Shown here piece after piece: positions 11,686-24,487 of a stretch of DNA of 64,000 bases. A program made the translations under genes and the position numbers. Location: contig CM059438.1 in the NCBI GenBank assembly GCA_030390025.1, positions 60,700,001 through 60,764,000 of the forward strand, written 5' to 3'. Each line of letters starts with the position of its first letter. Positions within the stretch are counted from its first letter, which is position 1. The notes beneath the pieces are model-generated. The model was given only the letters and a program-made list of their open reading frames with translations. It searched no databases and was not told the DNA's origin. This DNA comes from Squalus acanthias. Its lineage: Eukaryota.

Positions 11686-12409
11686 TTTTTAAACTGGAAG
11701 ATGCACAAGCATGGCACGGGGTGACTCACCTACTTTATTTTTGTTTTGCCCTCATTATGAGGCTGTGCTTAGTCTCTGTGCAATGCTCTCAGCATGATAG
11801 AGCTCTGACTTCAGTCTAAAGACGATAGATGCAAACCAAAAATAAATTTGGCAGTGTACAGATTTAAATATATAGTTTTTTTGAAGTGTTGCCAGCGGGG
11901 AGAATTGTAAGCTTGCTTTACACTGGAGATTGTTTGGCTTCAGTCATTTCAGAGGTTTTATTATTAAAGTTGGATTTCACCTTTTGAAAGAGAAGCACGA
12001 GTTCCCCACTGAAAACTACAATAGTAATAAAACATTCAAAGGAAAACAGGGACTAAGGAATTTGACCGGAGAACACTGATTTACATACAGAACTCTGGTG
12101 GAAATTGATATGAGGTGTCTTATTGTTTTGTGTTCTCAAGAAAGTACATTCATAAACATTTATAGACCCATTGTATATTCAAGTACGTTTGAGGTCACGC
12201 ACACATCAAGGCCATTTTATATTTTAAATGTACATTCATAAAAAAAACTTCCATCTGCATGCACTGCTTGACTTCCTGTTCAGCTTTTGTCACACTGTGT
12301 CAAGTTGTTTTCCCCCTTTTAAATTCCTGTGTCCACATTTATTATGGAGCTGTCTATGTAAAAGGAATTTAGAAGGTTAAGGAGTGATCTAATTGAGGTT
12401 TTTGAAATG

Positions 12410-12696
12410 GTTCTGGGTCCAAGTCCCATTCCAGACACTTGAGCACAAAAATCTAGGCTGACACCCCAGTGCAGTGCCGAGGGAGTGCTGCACTGTCGGA
12501 GGTGCCGTTTTTGGGAATGAGATGTTAAACTGAGGCCCCGCCTGCTCTCTCAGGTGGACATAAAAGATCCATGGCACTATTTCGAAGAAGAGCAGGGGAG
12601 TTATCCCCGGTGTCCTGGCCAATATTTATCCCTCAATCAACATCATAAAAAAAATAGATTATCTGATCATTATCACATTGCTGTTTGGGAGCTTGC
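12410..12696 (+). mobile_element. Deu-SINE copy, followed by a CR1 3' fragment to ~12885
   Basis: Same core as 4549-4978. Confidence 0.85.
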
Positions 12697-14327
12697 TGGA
12701 GTTATCCTGTGTACTAGTTCAATTGAAATTTTCAAGACAGAGAGCGACAGATTTTTGTTGGGTGAGGATATCTAAGGATATGGAACAACAGTGGGTAAAT
12801 GGAGTTGAACAGATCAGCTATGATCCAATTGAATGGCGGAACAGGCTTGAGGGGCTGAATTGCCTACTCCTGCTCCTATGTAACTCATTACTCTGATTCT
12901 GCAATCTGCCCACTGAATTCCTCCAGTTCTCCCAAAATGCTGTGATTATTTTCCAGCTGCCATTTTCTAATGTCCAAAATTTAAAAATTACATAATTCAA
13001 ATTAACATGAATAAATATATCCATTGAATTGTCTTCATCAAACTTTTCACTTGAAGCCTCTCTCAAAAGCCTGGGCTTGGAGTTGGTATTTTTACCTGGA
13101 CCGGTGACAGAGCTGAATTTGGATTGCGCAGTCTAAGCATAGACAGTGTGCCTAATTTCACTGGATATATCCGTACTGTTCAGGCAGCTGTACTGATGCA
13201 ATATTTTTCTTCCACTTTCTGCTCAGTAGTTTTTCTTCAAATAATTTTGAAAAATGAGGGGACAAATTTCAAAAGTTTACTTGAGGTAAAATTTATGGTG
13301 TTTTTTTTAAGAATCAGTGTCGATGTGTGTCTGTGTTAGAGTGAGATTATTACATCTATTGAAGCTTTTGTGTTATATGAATTTTAGAAAATGTATTAAA
13401 CGGAGAGTGGAGAGAGAGAGAGAGAGAGAGAGTCTCTCTGTTGATGCAAGGTCCAATTTTCAAACAAAGATGGCAGTTGAATTTTGAAGCCAACTAATTA
13501 TCCCCACTTGTACCTTGTTGACAGTTAGAAAAAATGAATGCCAATAGTTTGCACCTATACAAGAGGTTACAATATTTAACATGAGTCAGAGAGAAAGGCA
13601 GTTTATTGCCTCATTCTAATTTTTTTAATTGAATTTTAAAAGCAAAAAAGACTGAGGGTAACAGGCAGGAGGAAAGGGTAGAGGAAGAAGAGAGGTTAAG
13701 AGAGGAGAAAATGTAATTATAGCATGATGCATTTATATAAGCAGTTGTTATAAATGTTGACATAAGAATTTGATGGAATATAAAAGCATGGACAGAATTT
13801 GTGACTCCACTCAGAGTACATTTGGTCTTAACTTCGTGTGTGTAACACCACAGATGAGTAACTAGCACACATTCCTGTCATCATTTGAATTATAAATTTT
13901 AATGCGGGGGTAGAGGGGAACCATCAGAGCTGACCCCCCTCATGTCCACAACAGATCCATGAATCAGGAGTACAGTTGATTTGTTTGATTGCATCGGTCT
14001 ATTGTGTACATGGCTGTGCCAAGCCTGGAGGGAGCAGGCTTGATTGGGCCTTTTCTATCCTTTCTGTATGTATGTTTCTCTCCTTCCCAATCCAGGAATG
14101 TACTCTGAATATAATCAGAGAAATTCCACAGAAATTCCAGGAGTCAGCAATTTAGTATAATTTCAGAATTATAAACTAGTTGACCGAGATGTGGGTGACA
14201 CCGAGGGAACTGCACTTATGGCCCATTCCTATTTTCTGCAGCTGTTGGGCTTTCTCCTTGAGCCAATTGTTTGTACAAGTGGTTTGCTAAGCCACTTCAG
14301 AGGGCATGAGGAATAAACCACATAAGT

Positions 14328-15055
14328 GGCCCGGATATTCCGATCCCTACGGGTGTGTACGAGCTGTGTACACCCCCGTAGGGACATCGGAAATGCCGGT
14401 TTCAGGCATGCACAACGCATGCGCTGAAAACCAGCATTTCCGATCTGTCAAGAATGCTCAACAGATCGGACGCCTGCCCTAGAGAAGGGCCTCTGCGGGC
14501 GGATAGTTCCGCTTTCTGGAGCCCCTCCGCCCACAGAAAACCTTTAGAATTCTTACGCCTGGTAAAAGCAGGCATAAGGCCTGCTTTTACCAGGATAAGA
14601 GTTGAAAAAAAGATTTAAAAGTTTTGTCATTTATCATTTAAAAAGTTTATTTTTAGCCCTGTAAAAAACTAATTATTTTTCAAAAAATTAAATTTGTTTA
14701 AAATATTTAATTTATTGTAATGTCAACTAATTTTAAAAATGTGATTTTTTTTTTTAATTTATGTAATGTTTTGAAGTGTTTTTGGGGTGATCACCATTCA
14801 TATATTTGACAGGTCTATCTGTCAAGTGTATGAAGGGAGATTCCCTTCTTGGATTGGCTCCCCCTGGCCCACGTGATCCCAGGGATGCTTGCGGACCGCA
14901 TACGCCCCTGGGATACGTGGGCCCTGCACACTTGGAGTTGGAGAGGCCCAGCATCGGAACGATACACACCTCGGGAGCCCTCAGGTAAGTGCGTAATTTT
15001 TTTCCAGATCGGAGGCTGCCGCACGTGGGAAGCCTCCGATCAGAAAATACGGCCC
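14328..15055. mobile_element. MITE related to 6622-7365, in opposite orientation
   Basis: TIRs GGCCCGGATATTCCGATC / GATCAGAAAATACGGCCC; flanks AGT/ATT; same internal hairpins and AT-rich core. Confidence 0.75.
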
Positions 15056-15349
15056 ATTATGAGCCAGACCAGGTAGGAGTGGCTGGTTCCTTTGTGAGAA
15101 GAGTAAACTGGTCAGATTTTCTCCCTATTTCCTCTATCAAAACCCCTTATGGGATGTAAAGTAACCGATATCTTTGCAAATTTGTAGCAGTTTATTTACA
15201 CCATCTCATTGGGGACACTGGTGATCGTTCACATTGCTCACCAGCGCCTACATGCAAAGGTCTAAGAGCTGACAGCGCGCAGAATGTTCCAGCAATTGGG
15301 TGTAAAGTGTGCAAGGTGCTTTGTCAACGAGAAGTTAAAGGCACAGTTT

Positions 15350-18300
15350 AAGATAATAAAAACTAAAAAGTTTATTGGAAATAAGCATGATACAATATAT
15401 TATGATTTTCCCAGCAAAAAAAAATTGTATTATACAGTCTCTCAGAAAAGAACTGGTTATATGACAGATCACCACCGAGGTTACATTGCAACACTTAACG
15501 TGCTGGAGTGGGAGAGCAGTCATCAACGCTTCAGAGGACTAAGAAATCAAATTACAAGACAAAGGCGTAAACAGTGGTGACCATCGCTCGTGTGTTTTGA
15601 GGAGATAACCAAAGGCACTGAACTTCAAATGAAAGTTGAGGAAAAATTCACCACATTCTGAAGGGAGCTTTAAAGAAAACTGCAAGAGGTGACGTACAAC
15701 ACCTTAAACAAGATTGACAAATCAAAGAAAAATTACATATTGCAAACACAAGTACAGTACTTTCTAGTCAGATTCTTTCACTTTATATTCAATATAAAAA
15801 GTACGATAACTGTTCATTCCAGAAGGAAAATGCACTTTGCACCACAGCAAAGTGAAGGTATGATGTTTACAGCTATACTAAACTTCCCATCAACGGCAGA
15901 CAGTTTTGGGTGCACAGATGTGAAAGAAGCAGAACGCTAACTCCTGTCAGCTCCTGATCCAACATTCAAGTGCACAAAAGCCAAGCAGTGCGAGACTCCA
16001 AGCACACGTCCAGTCTGGAGCCAAGTTTTATTTTAAAAGCCCCCAGCGGGTTCCTCTCACTGGTCCTCTTGGGAACTTTTATGAATGGAATTTTTTTTTA
16101 ATGATTTGTTTTGAGAAATGTAGATGCTTCCTTCAAATCACTATTATAAAAGTGCCAGAGGAGAGGAACACTGTGTGCGTGCACCTAAATGCAGAGCTCT
16201 GCCATTCGGTGCTGGCCAGCCCAAGGGTCATTGTGCACTGTGACATAGGTCAGCCGACCGCACATCGCAGATCCTGGTGTCAGCCAAGCTGCAGTATAGA
16301 CAAATGTGAACCACTGTGTCTACTGCCACCTCTGTTAGCCAATGAGTTGGAGGCAGGACTTACAGCAAACAGAGTCTATTTAAACAGAGTTTATAAACTA
16401 CAGCAAACAAAACTCATGACTGAAAGTCCCGATAAAAGCAGGATTATTTCTCCAGCAAAATGCAGTGAGTGGAGGATAGCTACATAATACAAATCATGTG
16501 TAAAATTATGTGCGTGAAATCAATCCCAGCCACAGCAGTGTCTCTAGGCTTGATTGACGGGGGCATCACTCAATCATCTCCATTCTGGTCAGAATTTGTA
16601 CTGTCATGAACTAGTTGCTTTCTGCAGAACCAGGAAAAGAGACTCCACTCCAAACACCTAACCCTCAAAGCAAATTACTATCATTAAAGCAATTATAGTT
16701 CAAAAGACCAAGAGACAAAGGTATGAGTGGGGGGGGGGGGGGGGGGGGGGGGGAGATGGGGAGGAACAAGATATAAAAGTGTGGTCAAGATAGGTAAGAA
16801 AGAACTAAACTGGTTAATACCAAGGGGCCAATGTGCAACCATGTTTGCCACAACTGCTGTGCTGCACTCTGACCTCATCCCTCACAAAGTCAGGGTAAGG
16901 TGCATTGATGTGCGCGCCTGGGGCAGAAAATGCAGCACAGATAACATAAAAAGTGATGCCCTTCAATAGGCTGGTGGGAGGCAACGCGTGCGAACACAAA
17001 GAAAGCCAATTAAATGGTAATGATACTGGAGTTCAGGAGACACCATTAACAGTAACAAGCATAGATCTGAAATAAGGTGGTGTCATTCCCACCCCAGTGT
17101 CCCCATTAGCAAGCTTCGAATGTACCCCTAGATGGTAGCATATTTTGTAAAAAGGCTATAGTACTTTAAGAGTATAATAGTGTCACCTAGTGGTGGCCCC
17201 AGAAATTCTATCCTGGAGCAATCACCTAACATGGTTGTTCTACCCATTTAATGCTGATCAGGTCAGAGCTGCAACTGAGGTATTGGACAGTAGCACCATC
17301 CCATAATTCCTTCTGTTAACCATAATCCGTACATCATTTCTTTGGGAAATACAAGACAGACTAATGAATAATGGGACATGGGATGAAGTACCAATAAGAC
17401 TGGCGGACAATCAGCCCAAACAATTAAAAACCTATGAAATGAGACTCCTGTGTGGGACACGTGACCTGGAGCTCCAAGTATGTCCTCCCCATCCTAGTCA
17501 ACATAATGCCACATCTCACAAGCTGCTTGAATCCAAACAACGCACATCGATCAGCTGCGTCGGGTACTGTGCAACCGTTACAAAACACGAGTGTTTATTT
17601 AAACCCACTGACGCTATTCCTAGGTGCAACACATTTACTGTCGCCGACCTAGTAGGACGCCAGAGATCCGCAGTAGTTTTTGGAGTAATCAGCAGCTCAG
17701 ATAGGGTTGTCAGTTTGCAATCTTCTAGTTCTGCTGCCCAACTGGAAGATTGTTATTTGCTTCCCCAGCACTTCACCCCTACTTTGGTGGGGTGGGTGGG
17801 GGGGGAAGGGGTGCAGCCCCTTGAGTTCTTTAGACGGGTAGTGTTTTTTTTATATAACAGGCTTTGTCACTACCTAATGACTCAGTGGGTAAATACACTG
17901 TCTGCCATCTTGCTGAACTACAGAGATCACTGATCTCAATTGAGGTGAGAGTGGGTGTACTGCATCCACCATTGTTAGACAAGGGGAGGGGGAGGGGGGT
18001 GGGTGGAAAATGAGCCAAGCAACCCACTATCCTGGTGGAAGGTGCACATACTTGGGTGTCAACAGCATTCGGACTCAGCTGTAATGCTCCCCATGATGGA
18101 GCAGCCTGCAAACTCAACTGCTCAGGCCACTTGAGCAAGGTACTGGAGAGCAGCCAGCACCCGTGGAGCTTCAGCACGAGTCAATTATTTGAAACAGGAC
18201 CGACACCCGTTTCCATCTTAGCAGAACAGTAGGTTTCTGTGGAAGAATGAGCTAGATGAGGCCAAATGGCCTCCCTTATCTGTACTTAGTTTTGTAATCC

Positions 18301-19790
18301 TTGTGAATATCTGCAGAGGGGGCGGGGGAAGTTTTGTAAATCTTTCAAATCTTCACAGCTGCAACTGAAACTTGCCAAGTAGTTTTAAAGGACCTGATTG
18401 ATCTCTTCCCTCCCCCACCTAAACACGCAGGAACAGACTAATTATATAACTGGCCAAACTTATAGTTACCTCTTCATTATTGAGTTTCTCCAGCTTATTG
18501 TAATCACCAGCTGATTAAAATCGAACCATTTTAAAAAATAAATTCAGAAATACATTCATTCCTATTGGTGCTGGACAAGTTTGTTTTATTTGTACTGCAC
18601 CTGTGCAGGCCCAGCAGCATCCAAGAAACAATTAAAAGGAGTCTCCCTGTCCTCTGATTGACATTAGTATAAATACTCTCCTGGCCAACAGTGAGGAAGA
18701 TTCCTACCACAAACACCAGGCGACTGCGCACATCTACCTGGAATCAATACATAATTTTATTTTTAATTACAACAATTCAATCAGCACAAATACAAAACAT
18801 TTCATGAATCAAGGATACGAGTATCAATTTTGAGAACCAGGGGACTGAGTGGTGGGGTGGGTTGGGGGGTAAGAGCTCAAGACACACACACACACACACA
18901 CACATACAGACGTGTTTCTGGGTTTAGATTTAAAAAGTGAAAAATTATGTTAAAATAAGAATCAAATATTCTTAATGTCACCCAAACAAATAAAAAAATT
19001 TGCCATTAGATTTCTGTCAGTCTGCCACGGAATAGTTTAGTGATGGAAACAACAGAGATCAAGAATTTAAAAAAAAAATATTTATGAAGTGACCATCATT
19101 AATAGTGAAGTCTTGGTCCCGATAGTATTCGGCTGGGTACAACTCCTTTGGAAACTCTCTTTAAAAAAGATCTTAATCCTTGCACAAAGAATAGCTTCAC
19201 TGTTCACCTAGACTGAGGAGAGGGGAGAGAGATCGCAGACCGAGCTCTCAGTCTCACTCAGATATTACGTCATTTCTGTCTACGTACTGATCCTCCATAT
19301 CAATACAAAAAGATATGGTTATGGGCGTAGCTACTTCTAACTGTAATCATTGGGATTATGGGTAACAATCAATCAAACGGGGAATTCAATGCAGATGCTT
19401 TGATTGATGAGAGTTTTACGTAATCCCGTCTGAGAGAAGACGACATTGCAAAGATTTCACGAGCGACTCCAGGTAAAGCAATGGCTCATTGTTTGAAGAT
19501 TCCTGGCACGCTTCACTGTAAACAAAGTCCAAAGCGGCCGCTCCAGCACCAATACCTGAGGTCGTGCATCAGGCTGCAGTAAGGAAAATGGCAAACTGCT
19601 CTCTGGCAACAATTAAGGCGTGAAGCAAAAAAAAATGATTTGAGCGACAATCCTTCAACTGGAGTCTGAACGGAGCAAGTGTGTGTGTATATGTGTGTGT
19701 GTGTGTTTTTAACTGGCTCAATGGTCATTTCCCACTTGGCAAATCAAAGTGCTGGGGAGTGCAATCCATTACGATTGGCCACTGCCGGTG
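15350..19790 (-). other. SLC31A1: Probable long 3' UTR of SLC31A1, with candidate distal poly(A) signal at 15371-15376
   Basis: About 4.4 kb nearly free of young repeats directly after the stop codon; minus-strand AATAAA at 15376-15371 (other candidates lie more proximally). Confidence 0.45.
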
Positions 19791-19992
19791 TTAATGGCAG
19801 TGTTCTGTGATGTCCACCACCACCGCTTTCTTCCAGCTGAAGAGGAAGTATCCAGCACCCGCACCCAATGCCACGGCGATGCAGAGGTAACCGTTGTAGG
19901 TCATAAAGACCAGCATGAGGAAGTAGCTGATGACCACTTGTATGACGTGCAGTATGGTCTGGATGAGATGGGGCACGCTGAACATCTGCTGT
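19791..19992 (-). CDS. SLC31A1: High-affinity copper transporter CTR1, last coding exon (202 nt)
   Basis: Acceptor gttcacag|[56 protein letters not shown], with MxxxM, GxxxG and C-terminal HCH. Confidence 0.98.
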
Positions 19993-20792
19993 CTGTGAAC
20001 AAAGGGAACAGAATCAGTGAAAAGCCACGGCCTCTGTGCGGGAGCGAGTGGGCAAGCGATACTATCTTGTGAGCGCACGTGCAACGCAGCAGTCACCGCT
20101 TCCACCCTGTTTAATGGTTCTGAAAAGCTGTTGCTTTTCCTCCAACTTCTGCCCACCTCAATGTTTCAGTCACAGTGAAATTAGGCTGTAGAACGGACTT
20201 GAAAGTCATCCGGGTTACACTGCAATACTCCACCGACGCTGTATTTAACAACTGCTAACTCCTCCCGCATCAACATCCATGATCACGGTTCCGAGTTTGA
20301 AATCCAAATTGGGGCATTTCCCTGCAGCTACAGAAGGTATTAGCCACATTTCCCAATCAATAACATTTTGTTTTTAATTTACAACCAACCAAAAGTGGAA
20401 GCAGTTTACATTAGAAGTACTGCCCCACAGCTACAGCCCAATGGTTTTCTTTCCCTTTCCCCCCACTGAGGGCACTGGCCCATACTAGGCCAGCCTTCTA
20501 CAGATGTCAGCAGCCCCTCAATAGCTCACAACAGAGACTACTGCTCATGTGTGCACCCAGAAAGTGAGACAGCAGGCTATTCGACTGCAAAAAGGTATAT
20601 TTGCTGAGCCTGTCCTCAAAGGATGTCAGCACATGCAGTTTTCAGCAGGGGGCACTGCTGAGCAACCAGGCTGGGGGGGTCAAGAGCCCAGGGTAGCTGT
20701 GGCCAATTGCAGCACACACACCATCACCCCCACCCCGGGAAGCATTCTGGCCTGTCTAGCTCAGTGCCAAACCAGGTGTTTCCCTCACTCAC

Positions 20793-20961
20793 CCAACAGT
20801 TTTGTGTGTTTCCATCAGCATTGATCCATTTGGTCCAGGAACAGGCATGGAGTTATAGCGAACGTTAACCTGCGACTTCCGTAGCAAACATTCTCGACTG
20901 ATTTTCAGCCCCTCATAAATCAGCGCAAACAGGAAGACTACCACACAGGCACCGACCATCC
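20793..20961 (-). CDS. SLC31A1: CTR1 coding exon 3 (169 nt)
   Basis: Acceptor cttctgcag|GG, donor GG|gtgagt; [56 protein letters not shown]. Confidence 0.98.
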
Positions 20962-21590
20962 CTGCAGAAGAGAAAGCAGCAAAGGGAAGGTAGGGTTGTA
21001 CAAAGACCAAGTTAGAAACATGACAATTGGCTTGACCTAGAGTTAGGAATTATTTAATGGTCAGAGGCATGGGACAGCACCACAGGCACATGGGTGGAAG
21101 GGGAAAGAGAAAAGGGAAGCAAGAGTACTTCAGCTCAAAATGTGACAAAACACTACTTCCTGTCTTCAATGTCAAGTGTTGCTCCTGGACTCGGGAGATG
21201 CTAAATGGGGTAATTAGATACTTGCTGCAAAGGACACATGATGATGACGATGACAATTTGGCATTTGGGAACGTCTCTGGGTCATCGGAAGGTGGTGTCT
21301 CAGCCCCAGGACAGTTCAGGTGCATGTGGAATCCAGCCTAGTTAAATGGGAAGGCTCTGACCGATTCCAGCTGTAGCCAGCTTAAATCACAGAGAACATT
21401 TTTCTCCATGTTTCCATCTGATGGTGTCCCCTCTCCCCAAGGTGCTGACACACTCTGGTTACAGCTCCATGGGTGGCTGTGACCCTCCAGTACCTCACTA
21501 GTGACTAGTTTGCATGTGTGAGCCTGAAATCATAGAATCAGGATCAATAGCACACGATACAGCCATCTGGACCATGAGTCTGTCTACTCT

Positions 21591-22022
21591 GCTGTGGCTC
21601 AGTTGGTAACTCTCACCTCTGAATCAGAAGGTTGTGGGTTCAAGCCCCACTCCAAGAGCCTTGATCACATAATCCATGCAGACACTCCAGTGCAATACTA
21701 AGGCAGTGCTACACTGTCGGAGGTGCTGTCTTTCAGATGAGACATTAAATCGAGGCCCCGTCTGCTCCCTCAGGTGGACATAAAAGATCCCATGGCACTA
21801 TTCGAAGACGAGCAGGGGAGTTATCCCCGGTGTCCTGGACAATATTTATCCCTCAACTAAAACAGATGATCTGGTCATTTATTTCATTGCTGTTTGTGAG
21901 ACTTTGCAGTGTGCAAATTGCGGCCGCATTTCTGACATTCTCTGCACTTCAAAAAGTACTTAATTGGCTGTAAAGCGCTTTGGGATGTCCTGAGGTCGTG
22001 AAAGGCGCTATAAAAATGCAAT
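21591..22022 (+). mobile_element. Full-length Deu-SINE
   Basis: A-box tggctcagttgg, B-box ggttcaagccc, core and tail. Confidence 0.85.
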
Positions 22023-22710
22023 TCCTCCTTTCTTCTCATTTCCCTGCCCTATCTTCATAACCTTTCAAATTCTTTGTTTTCAAATACGTATACAATTCCC
22101 TTTTAAATGTTAGTGTTAAAGCCTTGATAATCACTTGCCAAAAAAAAAGATTCCATGTTTCTCCTCTGTGACATCAAGCAATGGAAATATAATGGGGGGG
22201 GGGGGGGGGTGCTGGTGGATGACACAGCACAGATTTTGTTTGTTTATGTTTCAGTTTAAATTTCCATCAGGCCGACAGGGAAGAAACTGCTGCAGGGGAG
22301 CGATCAAGGTGAGGGAACTACGATTTACATACTGAACAATGCACCATAAAACAATCAAATTCTGTGAAACAGTGGAACCAGAGCCTGTGTTACAATTTCT
22401 AGGCTCTCCGAACTCTTGAATTTCAAGTGGGTCCTGGGAATCCCTACACAATTGTTAGAAGGTTCACTGACTTCACCAGATTTGTAGGGTTTCACACAAT
22501 TAAAATATCAGCAGGAAGTGGTTTCTTTTTCAAAATTAAAAAAAATACAATACATATTTTAGGTCAGATGGTCCTTCCTGCTTTCAACAGGAGATCACAG
22601 TTAAACTCGCTTAGTTAAACTCAATCACAGATCAAACCCCAATATTACATCAATATTATATCAATAGTCAGTTAATTTTAATCAATAGTCATTATTCTCC
22701 TTCCCATCAA

Positions 22711-23139
22711 AAAGAAAAAGACTTGCATTTCTATAACACCTTTATCAACCTCTAGACATTCCAATGCACTTTACAGCCAATGAAGTACTTTTGAAAAGGA
22801 ATCAGTGTTGTAATTTAGGAAACGTGGCAGAAAAGTGATAACGACCAGATAATCTGTTTTTGCTATGTTGGTTGAGGGATAAGTATTGGCCAGGACACCG
22901 GGGAGAGCTCCCCTGCTCTTCGTCAAAATAGTGCCATGGGATCTTTTACATCCACCTGAGAGAGCAGACAAAGCCTCGGTTTAACATCTCATCTGAAAGA
23001 TGGCACCTCCAACAGTGCAGCACTCACTCAGCACTGCACTGGAGTGTCAGCCTGGATTTTGGGCTCAAGTCTCTGGAGTGGGACTTGAACCCACAACCTT
23101 CTGACTCAGAGGCGAGGGTGCTACCCACTGAGCCACAGC
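22711..23139 (-). mobile_element. Full-length Deu-SINE
   Basis: Reverse complement of the same family. Confidence 0.85.
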
Positions 23140-23514
23140 GGACATTATTACATGGATTAACCAGGTCGCTGAGCTCGGTCTACACATGGCAAATGGTTGT
23201 TCCGCAATTAGTGAGTTATTTGTTAATTGTCAGCTGAAGAACTTCCTCTAAGTAAGCGACTGAGCTCGGTCCAGGAGGTTTTTTTTTTTTTAAAATTAGA
23301 ATTTAACTCTGAGCCTATATGTTTATTTAAAAACACATTGTAAGTTTGTCACCAAATTCAGGGGCTGATTCGACAAATATCCTGCATTATTTGGCTGCCA
23401 CTGTTTGCCGATGCAGATCCCGTAAACATTGCCGTGAATCTCAGTAGGAGGTTTCAACATTCGCCAGCACCTAACCATCAAACTAGCTGGATGGAAAACT
23501 TCATCCGTTCATCC

Positions 23515-23916
23515 ATCCCGGTCCGGCAACGCCTCAAATTTAAAATTCTCATCCTCGTGTTCAAATTCCTCCAATGGCCTCCCCGCTCCCCATCTCTGTA
23601 AACTCCTCCAGCCCTACATTCCGAGATCTCTGCGCCACGCCAATTGCAGCCTCTTGTGGATCACCGATTTCCATCGTCCCCACCATTGCCGGCCGTGCCT
23701 TCAGCTGTTTAGGCCCCAAGTTCTGGAATTCCCTCCCTAAACCTCTCCGTCTCTCTCTCCTTTAAGACGCTCCTTAAAACCTACCTCTTTGACCAAGTTG
23801 TCCCAATATCACTATATGTGGCTCGGTGTCAAATTTTGTCTGCTAATCACTCCGGTGAAGCGCCTTGGGATGTTTTACTACGTTAAAGGCGCTATACAAA
23901 TGCAAGTAGTTGTTGT
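23515..23916 (+). mobile_element. L2-clade LINE 3' end
   Basis: GRAFSCLGPKFWNSLP; tail gtgaagcgccttggg..aaaggcgctatacaaatgcaagt. Confidence 0.85.
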
Positions 23917-23971
23917 TCAAACCCAGAGTTGCAGCGCATCTCCTCCGAGCTGCCGTGACGTCAGCACTCAC

Positions 23972-24044
23972 CTCCAGCTGAGTTGATCAGTAGCCCAGGG
24001 AAGAGTAGCTCCACGTTCTTGTACCCAAAGTAGAATGTCATTTG
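23972..24044 (-). CDS. SLC31A1: CTR1 coding exon 2 (73 nt; absent from the ORF track)
   Basis: Acceptor ctttctcccccag|[27 protein letters not shown]; donor G|gtgagt; phases fit both neighbouring exons. Confidence 0.97.
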
Positions 24045-24487
24045 CTGGGGGAGAAAGGAATTGCAGCGAGATTCAGATTACACGATTACCGCAAACCCCA
24101 GCCAAACTGTCACACTGCTATATATCACAGTGTCCCAAACAGCGCAAGGGGGCAAAACAGATAAATCACGCATTGCGGTAGATCACAGCCTTTATGCTTT
24201 CATGACGTTTTCAATGTTTACAGTACAGTGCTGTTGGATTTAGGGCTAGAAGGATTGGGGACCCAATATGCAGATTATACTAAAATAGGAGGCACAGTAA
24301 ATAATTCTGAGGACCAAAGGAATCTGCACTGGGGATATTGATAAGATGGTGGAACAGGCAAAAGAGGCAGATGGAATTCAAATATGAATTATTATATTTT
24401 CAGTGAGGGAAAGCTGGGTGATGTGGAAGATCAGAGGGATTCGGGGGCTCAGGTTCACAAGACTTTCAAAGCAGCACCTCAAGTGGA

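Noticed and set aside
17364..17933. 189-aa plus-strand ORF
   Set aside because: No recognisable domain or splice support; antisense to the probable SLC31A1 3' UTR
21591..21660. tRNA genes at SINE heads
   Set aside because: A/B boxes run straight into the SINE body; no complete cloverleaf or terminator
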